57,826 nt of DNA from Candidatus Flemingiibacterium sp. (lineage in GTDB: Bacteria > Bacillota > Clostridia > Oscillospirales > CAG-272): assembly GCA_045579105.1 (NCBI GenBank), contig JAZNLM010000046.1:1-57826 (forward strand). The letters run 5' to 3'. Positions within the stretch are counted from its first letter, which is position 1; each line of letters opens with the position of its first letter. Positions 54,457-57,826 of this stretch are shown piece by piece. Below the pieces are notes generated by a model, which ran no database searches, was not told the DNA's origin, and saw only the letters and a program-made list of their open reading frames with translations. The position numbers and the translations under genes are program-made.

Positions 54457-57437
54457 TTGCCGCTCCCTTCGCGAAGTTCTGATAGTGATACACGTCCGAC
54501 AAGAATATTGTATGCTTTGTCAATTATTTCATAGTAGATTGTGTCACCTTCAATACCTGAAATGTCAAACACAGCATCTCCGTGGGATTCCATGAGCTTC
54601 GTCTTGTCGGTGGTGTTGCCCTCATACAGACAGATGCCGTTGATTCCCAAGTTGTCCTCTGCCTTTAAGATGAGCTTGTTGCCTGAAAGCGAGAGCTCAG
54701 TAACAGTCGGTATTACGGTGTCGATTTTGACATTGTAGGTGTACTTCTGCGTGTTATTTTCGCCGTAATCCAGTGTATATATAACCTCGAAAATATAGTC
54801 ACCGTCTGGCATTTTATATGGGGCGTACATTCCGTCGCCGCCGTCCCATGAGAAGTAGAATACTACGGGTTCATCCTTGCCTGCGGTCTTTGTTATACGC
54901 TTGACATCCGATGTGCGGATGACCTCTCCGTTTTTGTCGTAGATTGTAGCAGTTGCATTCCTTGCATTTCGTATGTGAGTTGCGGCAAAGTATATTTCAT
55001 CCGCAAAGCCGTCGCCGTTGGGGGAAAATGCTACTGTTCCGCCGTCGTACATATTGCCGCCTGCAAATATATTTGCGCCGGTGGGGGCGAAACTGTCGTC
55101 GATTTCTACCATGAATTTAGTTTGCGTGAACATCGCGGCTTCGTTTTTATAAGCGTCGCCGTCGGTTATTCCCGCTATTGAGAAGTCACCGATATATCCC
55201 ATATAGGGCAGGGAAACAGTGCTGTTTTCGCTCTCACAGTAAACAAAGCCTTCCGCAAAATAGCCATTGGTGAAGACTTTTTCGAGCCTTCCGTGAGTTG
55301 CTTTGTCAAGTATGAAGGTTAGTGCTACAGTTTTTTCTTCGCTCGGAGCGAGGGTTAATTTATATGGTACGTAGGTGTGTGAGTGGCGGTTTATGTTGCC
55401 GCCGTCGACGGTGATGAGTGATTTTCTATCCGCTTCTGCCGTGAGAGTGCTGTAATATACGCGTGTGTCGTTTACGGTTTCTCTTGTCCAGCCGTCACTT
55501 GTTAGAGTTGCTGTGAGTTTGGTATCAAGGGTGCGGTCGGTGAGATTCTTGAGCGTTAGCTCAAGCGTGAACGTATCGTTGAGTTTGTCGAAAAGTTCAG
55601 CCTTTGCCTTCCCGTTGGCGGCGTAGATTATTTCAATTTCGTTTGTGAGTGCTCTTGGAATATTTACAAGACCGGCACCCTGTGCGCGCGGCGAAAACTC
55701 CACGCCGTTATCCTGTATAACAGGTACTGCGCTGTTCATTATAGTCGTTACAATGTCAGTTTTAGTACCGTCTCGGTGTGTTTTTTCAATGAGTAAAGCG
55801 CACGTGCCGGCAAATTGCGGAGATGCCATTGACGTGCCGGAGTGAACGCCATAGTTGTCGTTCACGGTGCTGTAAACTTGACCGCCCACGGCGCATATAT
55901 CCGGCTTCAGCGTGAGCGCCGGAGTGGTTCCGCGCGAGGAAAAATATGAGACTTTCCACGCTGTATCAGTGTTATCAATGTACATATATTCGGTGCTGAA
56001 GGAAACTTCTTTTTTATTTTTTGAAAGCAACGCTGTACCTTCTTCAAGTGTTACCGAAATAGCCGGAATAGTTGCGCCGGTTAGATCCATTCTCGCGTAT
56101 TCGTTTTCGATGTTATTGTAGATTATCGCCCCGAGTGCACCGTGACTCGCGGCGATATTTACCTTCTCTGAAAAGGGTATTGTACCGCGCTGAACAAGTA
56201 CGAGTTTGCCATTAACATCAAGCCCCTCGTAGTCCGATTCTTCTCCAATGCCCGGCACTGTTACGTATTCGAGTGTTTTCTTGTTAAAATGATGCACGAA
56301 TGACGTATCTATAACTCCTGAATCTATATTCGTATCAACAAAATAGTACGGTGTGCCGTCTGCGCTTTTAAAATGATCGCCGAATATTACCGCGTTGTCA
56401 ACGCTTGCTACGGCAACTGTTTGGTCTGCCGATGCGGGGGCGCTTACGGTGCCGTAATCGGTGTATGACGCGAGAGGAAGCGCGGTATTCCCGCGGTCGG
56501 TGGTAACGCCGTGATTACCTACGGCGCACACTACGATACAGCCGGCATCACGCGCTTTTTCGATGACTCCGTCAAGTCCGATGACCGACATATCCGTTGA
56601 GGCCGCATAATGACCGATGCTTAAGTTTATCACGTCAGCACCGAGCTTTACTGCATCTTCCATAGCGGCGATAAGTGCACTGTCAGAAGCGGTTTTAGCT
56701 CCGTCTGAAAATATTTTCATAAGGAGCAGCTGACAGCCGGGCGCGATGCCTTGCATACTGTCTGTATCTGTCTTTGCCGCTCCGATTATACCGGCAACAT
56801 GCGTGCCGTGGTCTGCACTTTCGTCGAATACGTTGATATCGCGGTCCGCGTAGTCGAACGCATAAGGTATTTTTGCGTTACGGTAGAATTTCTGCACGTC
56901 GATGACGTAACGAAGCGAATTAAGACGGACGGGAATACCTACCTGCATAGCGTATTCGTCGAGATTGAGCGTTTCTGTCACAGATACGTCAAACGCCGGG
57001 TGTGTTACATCGAAACTGTTGTCGATAACTGCGACCTTTACACCGTCGCCCGTAAGGCCGGCTGTGAATTCTTCCTCAGCGCCAATGGCTTTTACAGAAA
57101 GAGTTTTGGCGTCTTCATAAGACAGGGCTTCATACTTGGCGACGTTAAATACATCCTCAACAAATCTGCAAGAGGACAGCGATGCCATCGCCGTTTCGGG
57201 TAACATAAGGCTAAAACCGCACAGCAGGGTGTCGTATATGTAACCGTACTCAGCGTTAGGCAGACGTTCTGTAAGCGTGTTTGCACATTGGAGCGCGTAG
57301 TCATACGCGCTTACATTATCGGGGACATTGAGTGTTACGATGACTTCTGTTTTTTCGATTTGCATAGGCACAGCAGAGCCGCCGAAACCGAGAAGCTGTG
57401 CCGCTATCAGGGCGGCAGATAAAAGAGTGTTTTTCAT
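54453..57437 (-). CDS. secreted S8 family serine peptidase (C5a-peptidase/lactocepin-like: propeptide, subtilase core with inserted PA domain, Fn3/Ig-like C-terminal domains)
   Basis: Signal peptide. VAVIDNSFD (Asp), ADHGTHVAGIIG (His), VCAVGNHG (Asn), SGTSMASPQFAG (Ser). PA insert GKLVLVQRGTIPFSEKVNIAASHGALGAIIYNN. FSPNGDGFADE in the C-terminal Ig-like region. ATGA overlap with the downstream paralog. Confidence 0.88.
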   Translation of the reverse strand: MKNTLLSAALIAAQLLGFGGSAVPMQIEKTEVIVTLNVPDNVSAYDYALQCANTLTERLPNAEYGYIYDTLLCGFSLMLPETAMASLSSCRFVEDVFNVAKYEALSYEDAKTLSVKAIGAEEEFTAGLTGDGVKVAVIDNSFDVTHPAFDVSVTETLNLDEYAMQVGIPVRLNSLRYVIDVQKFYRNAKIPYAFDYADRDINVFDESADHGTHVAGIIGAAKTDTDSMQGIAPGCQLLLMKIFSDGAKTASDSALIAAMEDAVKLGADVINLSIGHYAASTDMSVIGLDGVIEKARDAGCIVVCAVGNHGVTTDRGNTALPLASYTDYGTVSAPASADQTVAVASVDNAVIFGDHFKSADGTPYYFVDTNIDSGVIDTSFVHHFNKKTLEYVTVPGIGEESDYEGLDVNGKLVLVQRGTIPFSEKVNIAASHGALGAIIYNNIENEYARMDLTGATIPAISVTLEEGTALLSKNKKEVSFSTEYMYIDNTDTAWKVSYFSSRGTTPALTLKPDICAVGGQVYSTVNDNYGVHSGTSMASPQFAGTCALLIEKTHRDGTKTDIVTTIMNSAVPVIQDNGVEFSPRAQGAGLVNIPRALTNEIEIIYAANGKAKAELFDKLNDTFTLELTLKNLTDRTLDTKLTATLTSDGWTRETVNDTRVYYSTLTAEADRKSLITVDGGNINRHSHTYVPYKLTLAPSEEKTVALTFILDKATHGRLEKVFTNGYFAEGFVYCESENSTVSLPYMGYIGDFSIAGITDGDAYKNEAAMFTQTKFMVEIDDSFAPTGANIFAGGNMYDGGTVAFSPNGDGFADEIYFAATHIRNARNATATIYDKNGEVIRTSDVKRITKTAGKDEPVVFYFSWDGGDGMYAPYKMPDGDYIFEVIYTLDYGENNTQKYTYNVKIDTVIPTVTELSLSGNKLILKAEDNLGINGICLYEGNTTDKTKLMESHGDAVFDISGIEGDTIYYEIIDKAYNILVGRVSLSELREGSGK

Positions 57438-57484
57438 ATATTTTCACCTTTCGGATACGGTTGTTACTTGTGTTCAATGTTACT

Positions 57485-57513
57485 ATTATATCAGCAACAT
57501 GGGAGTAAATCAA
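57485..57513 (-). promoter_or_regulatory. candidate sigma-A promoter for the subtilase pair
   Basis: On the minus strand: TTGATT (57508..57513), 17-nt spacer, TATAAT (57485..57490). Confidence 0.45.
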
Positions 57514-57535
57514 GGGCTAAATTATAAACATTATG

Positions 57536-57566
57536 CGAAAAAGCCGACCTTGCTTCAGGTCGGCTT
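57536..57566 (-). terminator. terminator of coaX (the hairpin loop contains the stop codon)
   Basis: Stem AAGCCGACC/GGTCGGCTT with an 8-nt loop. On the minus strand it is followed by TTTTTCG. Confidence 0.7.
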
Positions 57567-57826
57567 TTGATTAGTTTTAGGATGTCTGAGGTTCTTTTTA
57601 TATATTTCTGCAAGACCGATTAGGAGAACGGAATCATCACGTATTAAATTTCGCTTACAGAGTGGGATTATTTGCTCTCCGTCATCACCGAAAGTGATAA
57701 TATTGGCGCTTTCTCCAAGCTCATTCTCAAGGTAATTAAGCATTCCGTTTACCATGGCGGCTCCACCAAAAATACATCCGCTTTGCATTCTCTCCATAGT
57801 GTTTGTCCCAATACATTTTTTTGGAG
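57555..57826 (-). CDS. coaX: type III pantothenate kinase, C-terminal part (N-terminus beyond the right window edge)
   Basis: The reading frame stays open to the window edge: PKKCIGTNTMERMQSGCIFGGAAMVNGMLNYLENELG matches the CoaX C-terminal IG-NT...QSG...G pattern. Confidence 0.8.
   Translation of the reverse strand, partial: PKKCIGTNTMERMQSGCIFGGAAMVNGMLNYLENELGESANIITFGDDGEQIIPLCKRNLIRDDSVLLIGLAEIYKKNLRHPKTNQKPT

Overview
This looks like a chromosomal core region of a spore-forming Firmicute (class Clostridia, by gene content; roughly 48-50% GC by eye). I call about 46 protein-coding genes and one tRNA. I saw no rRNA, CRISPR array, transposase, integrase or phage genes. All protein identifications come from reading motifs in the supplied translations; no database search was run.

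Gene content, left to right:
- Central metabolism: gdhA (partial, not in the ORF track), pfkA, fba, apgM-type phosphoglycerate mutase, thrC, cysK, dapL.
- Sporulation genes: a spoVB-like flippase, spoIVB, spoIVA, ytvI, plus an M23/LytM protein and a PrsA-like PPIase.
- Housekeeping block: tadA, then lepB-rbgA-rnhB-yraN, then tig-clpP-clpX.
- An EF-G2 paralog and tRNA-Gly(UCC).
- An rnfC-D-E-A-B operon.
- An nrdDG operon with NrdR boxes.
- Two large tandem S8 subtilase genes, and coaX (partial, at the right edge).

Observations most worth follow-up:
1. Two translationally coupled proteins consist only of a Spo0A C-terminal (DNA-binding) domain, with no receiver domain. They sit directly upstream of spoIVA. 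Their divergent promoter region carries two perfect tandem 0A boxes (TGTCGAA) plus a near-perfect third.
2. In the tandem subtilase pair, the upstream copy keeps the full Asp/His/Asn/Ser catalytic set. The downstream copy has lost His, Asn and Ser, so it is a likely pseudoprotease.
3. The Rnf operon has no rnfG. rnfD and rnfE overlap by 4 nt, which leaves no room for it.
4. An XRE helix-turn-helix domain is fused to a complete single-chain Fe-S L-serine dehydratase, with a 21-bp palindrome just upstream of its promoter.
5. A 717-aa uncharacterised protein is preceded by a decayed internal fragment of a paralog.
6. Smaller relics: a degenerate copy of the tRNA-Gly 3' end, and a roughly 600-bp gene-poor gap with a possible gene remnant.
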